Origin: a virus
Lineage: Duplodnaviria > Caudoviricetes
Reading direction: 5' to 3' (one strand)
Length of the DNA: 27,298 bases
Virus record (IMG/VR): IMGVR_UViG_3300042363_000450
Location: 1 to 27,298 of that record
The translations under genes were made by a program, and so were the position numbers. The notes beneath the pieces were generated by a model. It saw nothing but the letters and a program-made list of their open reading frames with translations. It was not told the DNA's origin and ran no database searches. Positions 7,151-14,864 of the stretch are shown in pieces; within the stretch, counting starts at the first letter, position 1; the number at the start of each line of letters is the position of its first letter.

Positions 7151-8325
7151 GATGCGCCCTCCAGTGCGATGCCTTTGACGATCTCCATGCTTCCTTTGCT
7201 CGTTTCTGTAGCATCGTGCAAGACCTCATCGACCAGGTTGTCGAGTGCCTTGCCTTTTGCGCCAGTTCCTTGTTTGATCAAAGTCTTCACGCTTCCGATT
7301 GGGATGGAGCATTCCGCCGCAAATGCATCACCGGTGACGCCATGCGCCGATAGACGATTGAAGACGGTAGTGACATCTGACACGCTGCGACGACCTTTCT
7401 TTTCGCGCAGAGAGTAACCATCGATCTCGCCGGCTGCGATGCGCTTGCGAAGCTCAAGATCATGAGCGACAAGAAACCACTCCATGAACTTTCGACCATG
7501 CTCGTATGTGCGGACAAGCATTTCATTGGACATGGAGGTGTGGTCGCCCATGCGGGCAAAGATTTGTGCTTTGACCTGCTCATCCGTGCCAGAGATTGTG
7601 TCAGGGTTGATCACGTCTGTAACCGTTAAAGCAGCGGACTGAAACGCAGTGCAACTCATCTTCGCCTTGCACCACTTGCAGTGATCGCCGGCGACAGCGT
7701 CTGCGGATGTCGATGTCTCCGCTTTGCTCAGTGTGCTGATCATCGTGTTCTGTGCCAGCATCAATGCCTCAGTGTCGTAATGCGCCACCGTTGGTTTACC
7801 GGCCCAAGGCTGGATAATTGCAACTGCTGCTGTCTCAATCGCCCGATACATGGACACGAGTGCTGCCAGTGCCATGAGTTGGTGATTATCGACCGCATCA
7901 GCAGTGGTGCCGCGACCGGTTTTGTAGTCGAGGATCAGAGCAAATGTGCCATCAATGATGATCACATCTGCCTGACCGGTGAAGCGTAGAGCAATGCGAG
8001 CACCGTCTTTGACGACGACCACCTTGCCAAACTGTGTCAGACCGAGACGCACTTCTTTCAGCGTCAACACCTCTGGGTTGCTGATATATTGAGCAATCAA
8101 GTCATCTGCTTGGGCTTTGCACATGTCATGCGTCTGCTCTTCATCCGCTGACAGAGTGCTCATTTCAGCCTCGCCGGCAAGCACCGCATGGATGCGTGTT
8201 CCCGACGCTGCCGCTGCGCTTTCCGTGTCCTCCATGCCGAGGGACATTTGGTGCGATGGAGGACACTCCACAAGCCTTTCAAATGCGCTTGCTGATGGTA
8301 AACCGTGTCTTGGGTCTGTGTTCAT
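7147..8325 (-). CDS. Cas4-like PD-(D/E)XK exonuclease (DUF2800-type)
   Basis: SAS..ERL.ECP.S, GTRIH, GQAD, LDYKTG, QL, IIQP, and GDHCKWCKAKMSC (1+3 Cys, Fe-S pattern). Confidence 0.85.
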   Translation of the reverse strand: MNTDPRHGLPSASAFERLVECPPSHQMSLGMEDTESAAAASGTRIHAVLAGEAEMSTLSADEEQTHDMCKAQADDLIAQYISNPEVLTLKEVRLGLTQFGKVVVVKDGARIALRFTGQADVIIIDGTFALILDYKTGRGTTADAVDNHQLMALAALVSMYRAIETAAVAIIQPWAGKPTVAHYDTEALMLAQNTMISTLSKAETSTSADAVAGDHCKWCKAKMSCTAFQSAALTVTDVINPDTISGTDEQVKAQIFARMGDHTSMSNEMLVRTYEHGRKFMEWFLVAHDLELRKRIAAGEIDGYSLREKKGRRSVSDVTTVFNRLSAHGVTGDAFAAECSIPIGSVKTLIKQGTGAKGKALDNLVDEVLHDATETSKGSMEIVKGIALEGAS

Positions 8326-8579
8326 TTGGATTCTCCTTTCGCTTTGGCGATTGCTGCGCGTGCAGCTTTGACAATGAGATGTTTGTCTGAATATCCGCTG
8401 TCCTGCATGGAGGTGACGGTTTGCTCCAAAGCCTCCAGCAACTCAGGAGCGGCTAATGATTGGCGCTCAATCCTTTTGCAAAGTTGAACCCATAAATAGG
8501 GCGCGTTTTCCTCTTCAAGCACTCCATCGCGATCAAATATTTTGTTGAGCAGTGCTAGCGTTTGCGGTGTGTCGCTCAT
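8322..8579 (-). CDS. Hypothetical protein with AAPELLEAL motif
   Basis: MSDTPQTL... from ATG 8579, preceded by AAGGAGG. AAPELLEAL...ARAAIAKAKG is a common phage early-protein tail. Confidence 0.75.
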   Translation of the reverse strand: MSDTPQTLALLNKIFDRDGVLEEENAPYLWVQLCKRIERQSLAAPELLEALEQTVTSMQDSGYSDKHLIVKAARAAIAKAKGESK

Positions 8580-8580
8580 A

Positions 8581-9516
8581 TTATTTGCCTCCTTTCTTCG
8601 CGAGTTCAGCGAGTTGGATGAAATTGTCGTCGAGGAATTTGAGCAACTCGGATCCTGCCTCATTGATCGGGTAGTAATTCTCGCCGCCTTCGCCGTTTGC
8701 CTGCAAAGTCTCCAGCATAGTCGACCAATGGATGCCGGCGGCATCGAGACGATCAATGATGCGATCGGTCAATGACTTAACCGGTTGCGCCTTGCTTTCC
8801 TCTTCAGCCTCCAGCTTCGCGATCTCAGCCTTGTAGACCGGCACCTCTGGAATGTCCTTTGGTTCCTCCACCTTTTTTGGTTTCTCGATAAACAGTTTGC
8901 CGGCCTTTGCTGCGACCGGTGTCACATCGCGCACAGCAGCATCTTGCGCTTCCTCTGCGGTAAGCATTCCCAGAGTGATGTCAGGAGCGTATAGACGGGC
9001 AAAGAATGCCGCTGCACGGTAGCGCAGCATGAGTTCAGGCATCGTGAGCCATTTGCTGCCTGATTTAGTGCTCCAGCCTTCAGACTTTGCCATAGCCAGT
9101 GTGATCTTTGGCCCATCAAGCACAGTGCCGTCATCTTTCGACTTTGCCCATGCAATGCAAGAGCGGTCACCGGTGCCTTCGGTGCCATCCATGCGGAATT
9201 GAAGAGGCTCAAATCGACCGCTGGAATTGACCATTGCGATCAGGAATGTGGCTCGAAAGCTGGGGCGACCGTGGATGATATCCACGTTCTGCAAGACCAT
9301 GAACGGGTCTGCTCCGAGACGCTTTGCGATGCCGATGCCGATGGCGCAGTTGGCAATGTTGCCCTGAAATTCCTTTGGGACAAGCGAGCTGGATGCGAAC
9401 ATCTTGGCCTGACGTTGCAGCATGTCGAATGCTGCTGACTCCCGCTGAATTTGAACGTCTGTGATTTCTGTGGTGGTGATTTGTGTGCTCATTGTCGTTG
9501 TGTTTCGTTGGTTCAT
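8581..9516 (-). CDS. RecT/Red-beta-like single-strand annealing protein
   Basis: SSLVPKEFQGN.ANC, PFMVLQN..II.GRPSF, GSKW.TMPELMLRYRAAAFFARLYAPD..LGM. Close to the exonuclease. Alternative start at 9492. Confidence 0.8.
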   Translation of the reverse strand: MNQRNTTTMSTQITTTEITDVQIQRESAAFDMLQRQAKMFASSSLVPKEFQGNIANCAIGIGIAKRLGADPFMVLQNVDIIHGRPSFRATFLIAMVNSSGRFEPLQFRMDGTEGTGDRSCIAWAKSKDDGTVLDGPKITLAMAKSEGWSTKSGSKWLTMPELMLRYRAAAFFARLYAPDITLGMLTAEEAQDAAVRDVTPVAAKAGKLFIEKPKKVEEPKDIPEVPVYKAEIAKLEAEEESKAQPVKSLTDRIIDRLDAAGIHWSTMLETLQANGEGGENYYPINEAGSELLKFLDDNFIQLAELAKKGGK

Positions 9517-9857
9517 TTCCCTGCCTTGATGTCTGCACTATTTTGCGCGGACGTTGTTCTGCGTTCAGCGGTTTCGCTGATGTAGATTTGCTCTGCCTGC
9601 TCTTCGCAAGCGTTCCATGTTGCCTGAGAAACAATCTCACTGATGTCAGTGCCGCCGGCATAGATGCCAACAATATTGCCTTCCTTGTGCTCAAAGAACA
9701 CGCCTGGAACTCCGACCATTTCGGTCAGTTCGCTACCATATCGGATATCAGGTGTGCTGCTGCAAATGTCTGTCAGTTCCAGCAGACTGGCAATTGCCTT
9801 GGTGATCAGAGACAATTGCTCTGGGATAGTGCTGATGTTGGTTCCGTTAATTTTCAT
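9513..9857 (-). CDS. Hypothetical protein
   Basis: 114-aa ORF with a CAACACATATACAAC-ATG leader and an ATGA overlap downstream. Confidence 0.7.
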   Translation of the reverse strand: MKINGTNISTIPEQLSLITKAIASLLELTDICSSTPDIRYGSELTEMVGVPGVFFEHKEGNIVGIYAGGTDISEIVSQATWNACEEQAEQIYISETAERRTTSAQNSADIKAGK

Positions 9858-9874
9858 GTTGTATATGTGTTGAA

Positions 9875-10045
9875 TTATTCTGCGTGAAACTTTTTATCTT
9901 GGCAATCATTCCAGCCCTTGTTGTAGCTGTTGCGGCGGATGTGCCTAATCAACCGCTCATCAAGACGACTTTGCCTCCAGATAAAGACTGTAAATAACAT
10001 TGTTGCGGCTAATGAACCGCATAGGAATGGGAGTAGAGTTGTCAT
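9875..10045 (-). CDS. 56-aa membrane protein, first gene after the early promoter
   Basis: Hand translation MTTLLPFLCGSLAATMLFTVFIWRQSRLDERLIRHIRRNSYNKGWNDCQDKKFHAE. Below the ORF-track size cut-off. Confidence 0.65.
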   Translation of the reverse strand: MTTLLPFLCGSLAATMLFTVFIWRQSRLDERLIRHIRRNSYNKGWNDCQDKKFHAE

Positions 10046-10077
10046 TGTTGTGTTGTGTTGTGTTTCCTAACAACGCA

Positions 10078-10138
10078 ATCAAAGCACAGACATCCCACAC
10101 CCGTCAACGAATTTGTTTTATTTTGTCAAAAAAGTCAA
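10078..10138 (-). promoter_or_regulatory. Early promoter region
   Basis: Three TTGAC hexamers (10133-38, 10124-29, 10102-07) and an A-rich UP-like tract. TTGACG-18 nt-TTTGAT with an extended TG. Lies at the lysis/early module junction. Confidence 0.6.
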
Positions 10139-10139
10139 A

Positions 10140-10346
10140 CTACCCGTGCCGGCGCACCCATTTTGCGAGTGTCTCAGACAGGCTGGAGGAGTCTCCATCG
10201 TTCAGGACGCAGGCGCATTTCTCGTGTTCACAACATACCCACGTCACGCCAGGCTCGTGATGCACCTGCAATGTTGCGACCTTCCGCTTTTTGCATTTAG
10301 CGGTGCTGCAAAAGTGTGCGGCGATGCGCTCCCATTCTGAGGTCAT
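10140..10346 (-). CDS. Small Cys-rich hypothetical protein
   Basis: MTSEWERIAAHFC... 68 aa from ATG 10346, immediately after the endolysin stop. Confidence 0.6.
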   Translation of the reverse strand: MTSEWERIAAHFCSTAKCKKRKVATLQVHHEPGVTWVCCEHEKCACVLNDGDSSSLSETLAKWVRRHG

Positions 10347-10347
10347 G

Positions 10348-10971
10348 TCAGAACACGTCCTGATTCGATGCCTTACGCGCACGCATCTCAGCGAGCATGA
10401 CACTTTCCTTCATGCCATTAGCCCATGCTGGACGAAGCTGGAAGTGTGGCTGATCTTGGATTGACGACCAGTCGCCACCCCATTCAAAGCCGAGTGATTT
10501 GCCGAGTTGACCAACGATCTTATAGCTGGGCGATTCGTCGATGTACTTGCTGCCATCAGCCGAGAACACACCGACATCAAATGCCACACCGAAATTGTGG
10601 TTAGAGTAGCCTCCGCGAGCATTGGTGACGATCTTGCCAGATGACGTTCGGCCTTGAGCATAGAGCGCATTCTGCTCGTCGTATGTTCGCAGTCCGCTGA
10701 TGATCTTGATTTTGATGCCTCCCAATGCTGCGCGTTGGACAAGCTGACGAGCCTTATCGCGGAGCCGTGCGTGCAGTGTCGAGATCACGCGTTCGCTGCG
10801 CTCGTCAACTGTCTCACCGGTAAAACTAATCGCCGGCACAGGGTCTGGCTTTGGTTGCTCCTTTGGCGGCAGTTGCTTATCCAATGCTGCAAGCGTGAGG
10901 TTGCCTGGGTTGCCGTCAGCAAACACGCCGAGACGAGTCTGCACAAGTTTCGTGAAGTCAGTTGTGTTCAT
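10348..10971 (-). CDS. Endolysin, M15 family L-Ala-D-Glu peptidase
   Basis: SGLRTYDEQNALYAQGRT, SNHNFGVAFDV, WGGDW, DQPHFQ. N-terminal ADGNPGNLTLAAL resembles a peptidoglycan-binding motif. Confidence 0.93.
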   Translation of the reverse strand: MNTTDFTKLVQTRLGVFADGNPGNLTLAALDKQLPPKEQPKPDPVPAISFTGETVDERSERVISTLHARLRDKARQLVQRAALGGIKIKIISGLRTYDEQNALYAQGRTSSGKIVTNARGGYSNHNFGVAFDVGVFSADGSKYIDESPSYKIVGQLGKSLGFEWGGDWSSIQDQPHFQLRPAWANGMKESVMLAEMRARKASNQDVF

Positions 10972-11057
10972 AGTTTATACATTGCCATCATCGTGAAGAT
11001 GGTCAGAGAGATAATCGCGATGATGATGCCGGCAGCATCTGCCAGAGTCGTGATCAT
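10968..11057 (-). CDS. 29-aa single-TM peptide in the lysis cassette
   Basis: Hand translation MITTLADAAGIIIAIISLTIFTMMAMYKL. Its stop overlaps the endolysin ATG. Confidence 0.55.
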   Translation of the reverse strand: MITTLADAAGIIIAIISLTIFTMMAMYKL

Positions 11058-11063
11058 GCGTTG

Positions 11064-11279
11064 TTAGCCGTGATAGCTATTGTTGATCACACCATCATCA
11101 GCCAGATCAGCGATGCGGTTGGTCGTGTCTTTGATCAGCGATGCGCCGGCAAATGCGATTGCGGCATAGCCAGCATATTGAGCGGGCAGCATTGCGACGA
11201 TTGGTAGGGATGCAACGCCAGTGCCGATTGATGCGGCTTTGGTGATGAGGGATAGCCAGAGGAGGAGTTTCTTTTTCAT
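11064..11279 (-). CDS. Putative holin
   Basis: 71 aa, basic N-terminus, two hydrophobic stretches, DLADDGVINNS tail. Lies upstream of the endolysin. Confidence 0.6.
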   Translation of the reverse strand: MKKKLLLWLSLITKAASIGTGVASLPIVAMLPAQYAGYAAIAFAGASLIKDTTNRIADLADDGVINNSYHG

Positions 11280-11282
11280 TAG

Positions 11283-11594
11283 TCAGTGGGTTTGTTGTTC
11301 GGGGTTAGGGTCAGTGCAGGGCGGAATGGATGCAGTTTGCAGTGTGCTGGCAGGAGGTGGGGTCTTGCTGATATTCATGTGTCCCTTGATGCGGGAAACA
11401 TCAATTGCCGTGGACTGTGCTTGAGTTTTGATTTCGACCAAACTTGCAGCAGTTTCGGTAACCCGCCACTCCAATCTTGCGCCCCAAAGAACGCCACCAC
11501 TTGCTGCAATCATAATCGACAAGGCGATCTTCCAGAGTTTTTCAACTCTTCCAAGCAGGATGTTACAGTGCTCAAGAACTTCAATCGGGTTCAT
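11283..11594 (-). CDS. Single-TM protein, probably lysis-associated
   Basis: One TM segment (IALSIMIAASGGVLWG), a helical region and a Pro-rich tail. Confidence 0.55.
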   Translation of the reverse strand: MNPIEVLEHCNILLGRVEKLWKIALSIMIAASGGVLWGARLEWRVTETAASLVEIKTQAQSTAIDVSRIKGHMNISKTPPPASTLQTASIPPCTDPNPEQQTH

Positions 11595-11597
11595 TTT

Positions 11598-12080
11598 TTA
11601 TGCTAGGTCGAGAGTTTTTGATGCATCGAAAATCTGATCAATTTCGTCTGTGGTTTTTCCAACAGCAGATCCGATTGCGGCAACGTAGCTATTGTCTCGT
11701 CTAACAGTCATTGATGTTGTCCACCAGATTTGAGCTTTGAGCCTTTCTGTAGCATCAGGTATGCCGTTGATCGCAGCGACAACAGACTGATAGAGTCCAG
11801 CGTCGATCAATGCCAAACGCAGTGAGCGCATAGAGACTGCAACAGGCAATGAAACTGGCTCAGGCTTTGGTGCAATCGTCCAGCTGTTCGTCACGGTTTG
11901 CGTGGTAGTGTTGACTGTCTGTGCAGGGACAAGAACCTCTGTTGCTTCGTCGAAGACTGGTTTGGCGGTATTGACTACCTGCATGATGAGGTATTCAGGT
12001 GACAGTCCAACTACATCCTCGTCATCGGCGCGGGGATAGGGTTGCAGTCGTTCGGTGAGTGTGTTGTAGAGAAGTCTCAT
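11598..12080 (-). CDS. Tail fibre-associated / chaperone-like protein
   Basis: VSMRSLRLALIDAGL...IWW...RDN....IG...DEIDQIF pattern, often seen after fibre genes. Confidence 0.55.
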   Translation of the reverse strand: MRLLYNTLTERLQPYPRADDEDVVGLSPEYLIMQVVNTAKPVFDEATEVLVPAQTVNTTTQTVTNSWTIAPKPEPVSLPVAVSMRSLRLALIDAGLYQSVVAAINGIPDATERLKAQIWWTTSMTVRRDNSYVAAIGSAVGKTTDEIDQIFDASKTLDLA

Positions 12081-12748
12081 TATGAATTAGGGAATGCCTC
12101 AGTTGGTGCAGTGAAATCAGCAGTGTATCGAGCAACTCCTTTGGTTACTCGGATATCGTCAATCTTGCTGGTTAGATAAGCCGATCCGATGTTGTCATAT
12201 CCGATCTTCCATGTTGTCGTGCATGTGAAGCTGGTGCTCGATGTCAGCGTTGATCCGCTCTGCACACCGTCCACAAAACACTTCATTGATGTTCCGCTGC
12301 GACTGATTGCGATGTGATGCCATGCATCGTTCGTGATGGTGCCAAACGTGGTCAATCCACCCACTGTGCTATACCAGACAAGCGTATTTGAGTAATGGTA
12401 AAGACCGTAGGTGCCGCTGCCAAAGATGGTCTTGTAACTACCACTTGCAGTCGTGAGATACACCCATGCTTCCAGGGTGAAGTCGCCTGCAAACTCAAAG
12501 TCTGCGCTGCTAGGCGTGTCGATATAGTCGCCAGTGCCATCAAGCAACAAAGCCGCGCTGCCATACTTGGGCGAAGTGGTGGTCAACTGAGCGTTGCCGT
12601 AAAAGGTCATCGCTCGCGCTGATGCGCTAGAATCTGTGGCACTCGTTGCTCCATTGCTGCCATCGAGGTGCAACAGCAATTTGACGCTGCTGAAATACGG
12701 ATCAGTATTTCCAGCAACTGCAAAAAGATATGGATTCACCAAGTTCAT
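12080..12748 (-). CDS. LamG / concanavalin A-like lectin tail protein
   Basis: DPYFSSVKLLLHLDG, DFTLEAWVY, WHHIAISRSG, FVDG, IDDIRVTKGVARYT. Confidence 0.9.
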   Translation of the reverse strand: MNLVNPYLFAVAGNTDPYFSSVKLLLHLDGSNGATSATDSSASARAMTFYGNAQLTTTSPKYGSAALLLDGTGDYIDTPSSADFEFAGDFTLEAWVYLTTASGSYKTIFGSGTYGLYHYSNTLVWYSTVGGLTTFGTITNDAWHHIAISRSGTSMKCFVDGVQSGSTLTSSTSFTCTTTWKIGYDNIGSAYLTSKIDDIRVTKGVARYTADFTAPTEAFPNS

Positions 12749-13755
12749 GCGCGAGTTCCAATAAGTGTCACTTTTAATCCTGCTCCTGCGATTGTTGAGC
12801 CGATTTGATCAATGTCGATGGTCATCTCAGCATCGTCCGCCAAAGCACTATCTGAGATAACAGCAGCAGTTGCAGCAGTGACACTAGTTTTCTCGGTAGC
12901 ATCAATACTCAACTTAGTGCTCAAGACAGATGTTCCACTTTCATTTAGGTCAACAACAAGAGTGCTGCCAGTTGGAGCAGTCGTAACGCTTGAACGCACT
13001 CCAGTGAGCGTCATGGCAAACGGCATTCGGAATGTCACCTTGGCAGTCCCTGTAGTCAGAGCAGTGCCTTCGTCTGAGCAAGCATAAGCAAGCTCAACAG
13101 GCATTCCAACGAAGCTACCACCTGCACGGTAGATGAGGTTGCCTTCGATAGTGACATTGCCTGCACTGCTGCGGGCTAAGGTGGTGTCGGAGGCTGCACC
13201 AAGTTCTAGCGTGCCGACTCCAAGAGCTGTGCTAGTAGAGCTAGTGAGGCCAGAGATTGGCAGTCCAGTGCATCCAGAAAGTGTGCCACTCGATGGTGTG
13301 CCAAGTGCTCCACCATTGACGACAGGAGCACCTGCACTGTCAACATTGACTGCCAAAGCCGTAGACACTCCTGTTCCAAGTCCTGTGATTGAGCCTACTG
13401 CTGGAGTGACTGTGGATGTGCTAACAGCGGTCACTAAGCCTTTGGCATTGACCGTGACTGCTGCTGACTGAGTTGCGCTGCCAAAGGAACCAACATTGCT
13501 ATTCACAGTCGCCAAAGTTAGTGCGCCTGTGCTGGCTACGGTAGCGTCGCTGCTGAGTGACACTGGAGCGTAAGCTGTTCCTCCTGCATTCCCTACAAGT
13601 AACTGACCTGCTGTAGGTGCAGTGTTTGGAACGACTGCTGCCTGAGTCTGAGCGTGGTTGGTGACATTGTTTAGCGTCAGATTCGTTCTCATAGCTGCTT
13701 GGTCAGCAGATCCCATGAATGTATCAACGTCGGTGGATGTGGTAAGGTCAGCCAT
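12745..13755 (-). CDS. Tail fibre protein
   Basis: Rich in T/S/G/A, with VTVNAKGLVTA, LGTPSSGTLSGCTGLP and a C-terminal CSDE.TALTTGTAKVTFRMP...IDIDQIGSTIAGAGLKVTL domain. Confidence 0.8.
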   Translation of the reverse strand: MADLTTSTDVDTFMGSADQAAMRTNLTLNNVTNHAQTQAAVVPNTAPTAGQLLVGNAGGTAYAPVSLSSDATVASTGALTLATVNSNVGSFGSATQSAAVTVNAKGLVTAVSTSTVTPAVGSITGLGTGVSTALAVNVDSAGAPVVNGGALGTPSSGTLSGCTGLPISGLTSSTSTALGVGTLELGAASDTTLARSSAGNVTIEGNLIYRAGGSFVGMPVELAYACSDEGTALTTGTAKVTFRMPFAMTLTGVRSSVTTAPTGSTLVVDLNESGTSVLSTKLSIDATEKTSVTAATAAVISDSALADDAEMTIDIDQIGSTIAGAGLKVTLIGTRA

Positions 13756-14504
13756 TAAGGTCGTATGTAAAGGTCTGTGCCACCTGGGCGACGATAACCG
13801 TCAATCCCATTTGGTCTAAGGTAGGTGTAATTGCTTGGAGGAACAAATGCTGGAGCAAAAACAAGTTCGTTACTGTAACCAGTTTCGGAAGCACCATTAG
13901 TGGCAATGATTTTGTATCCATAGAACGGGCCGTTTCCACCATTCCACACAACTGTCGAATCTCGGTATTCAAGAAGCGTCTCATTGTCGAGCAACGAGTA
14001 AGTGCCTGAACCATACGGAGAAGGATTTTCCGCACGGTATATTTCATAATTTGTGGCACCAGTGATTTCATTCCAATCCAGATTAACAGCTACAACAAAG
14101 TATTCTCCTAAGTCTGCTCCATCTGCTGCCTCGCCCCAACCGGTGAGAGTTGGGGCATCAAACTCCCCCGGCAAAACTACACCAACAGTATTGCTACTGA
14201 ACCCTCCACCTGCATCGTTGTGTGGAGTTATCCTGTAGGTGTAGGTTTCACCTCCTGCTGTTCCTTGAGTGTCATTATATGTTAAGTTGGTGGTTGTAGT
14301 TAACGAACCATATCCACCACCATCAATATCTACCTCAACATCATAATAGAATCCTGGGCTTGTTGTCTTGTCACTAGCAGTCCAGCTAAGAGCAGCAACA
14401 TCACTGCCAAGTTCAGTCGTTACCATCAACACTGGGGCAATAGTTGGAGGAGTTAATGCTCCACCACCTTCAAGGCTTAATGCAAGGCCGAGGCTAATAT
14501 CCAT
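13755..14504 (-). CDS. Fibronectin type III-domain virion protein
   Basis: Two FnIII-like repeats (LSW...YTYRITPHN; LDW...YEIYR...YKIIATN...YSN). AAGGAGGT lies 7 nt before the ATG. Confidence 0.8.
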   Translation of the reverse strand: MDISLGLALSLEGGGALTPPTIAPVLMVTTELGSDVAALSWTASDKTTSPGFYYDVEVDIDGGGYGSLTTTTNLTYNDTQGTAGGETYTYRITPHNDAGGGFSSNTVGVVLPGEFDAPTLTGWGEAADGADLGEYFVVAVNLDWNEITGATNYEIYRAENPSPYGSGTYSLLDNETLLEYRDSTVVWNGGNGPFYGYKIIATNGASETGYSNELVFAPAFVPPSNYTYLRPNGIDGYRRPGGTDLYIRP

Positions 14505-14554
14505 GACAGATACCTCCTTTTAAAAAGCCTAATCTTAAACCAAGATCACTCATG

Positions 14555-14815
14555 TTATTCAGTCCACAGGATTACAATTCCACCACCCAAGGTGATCGAG
14601 GATCCACGAATCGGATAGTAGCCGACTGGCAAGACGACACTCGCCAAACCTGTAGTGTCACCGGTGTAAGCCGTGTCATCAGGATTGCCGGCAGTTGGTG
14701 CGACAACAGTCGTGATAGTAGCCTCAGAGACGACCGAAAAGCCGTAAAAGTTGGCAGCAGTTGCCGCTGTGTTCTTGACTACTTTGTAGCCTTTGGACGA
14801 GTGATCTCGGTTCAT
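14555..14815 (-). CDS. Small beta-rich hypothetical virion protein
   Basis: 86-aa ORF at the head of the tail fibre block. Confidence 0.7.
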   Translation of the reverse strand: MNRDHSSKGYKVVKNTAATAANFYGFSVVSEATITTVVAPTAGNPDDTAYTGDTTGLASVVLPVGYYPIRGSSITLGGGIVILWTE

Positions 14816-14864
14816 GTGGTATGGTGATCTAAATTATCAAATTTGCAACTCATTATTGAGAACG

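Noticed and set aside
7147-8325. Cas4-like nuclease as evidence of CRISPR-Cas
   Set aside because: No repeat-spacer array or other cas genes. It sits with a RecT-like gene as a recombination exonuclease.
3993-8756. Extended N-termini in the ORF track (starts 4061, 4348, 6390, 6631, 8756)
   Set aside because: They overlap upstream genes or regulatory elements. Downstream ATGs give clean coupling.
9325-9344. GCCGAT short tandem repeat
   Set aside because: It simply encodes IGIGI in the RecT-like protein and is too short to be meaningful.
11598-14504. Diversity-generating retroelement or invertible tail-fibre switch
   Set aside because: No reverse transcriptase, invertase, TR/VR pair or inverted crossover repeats seen.
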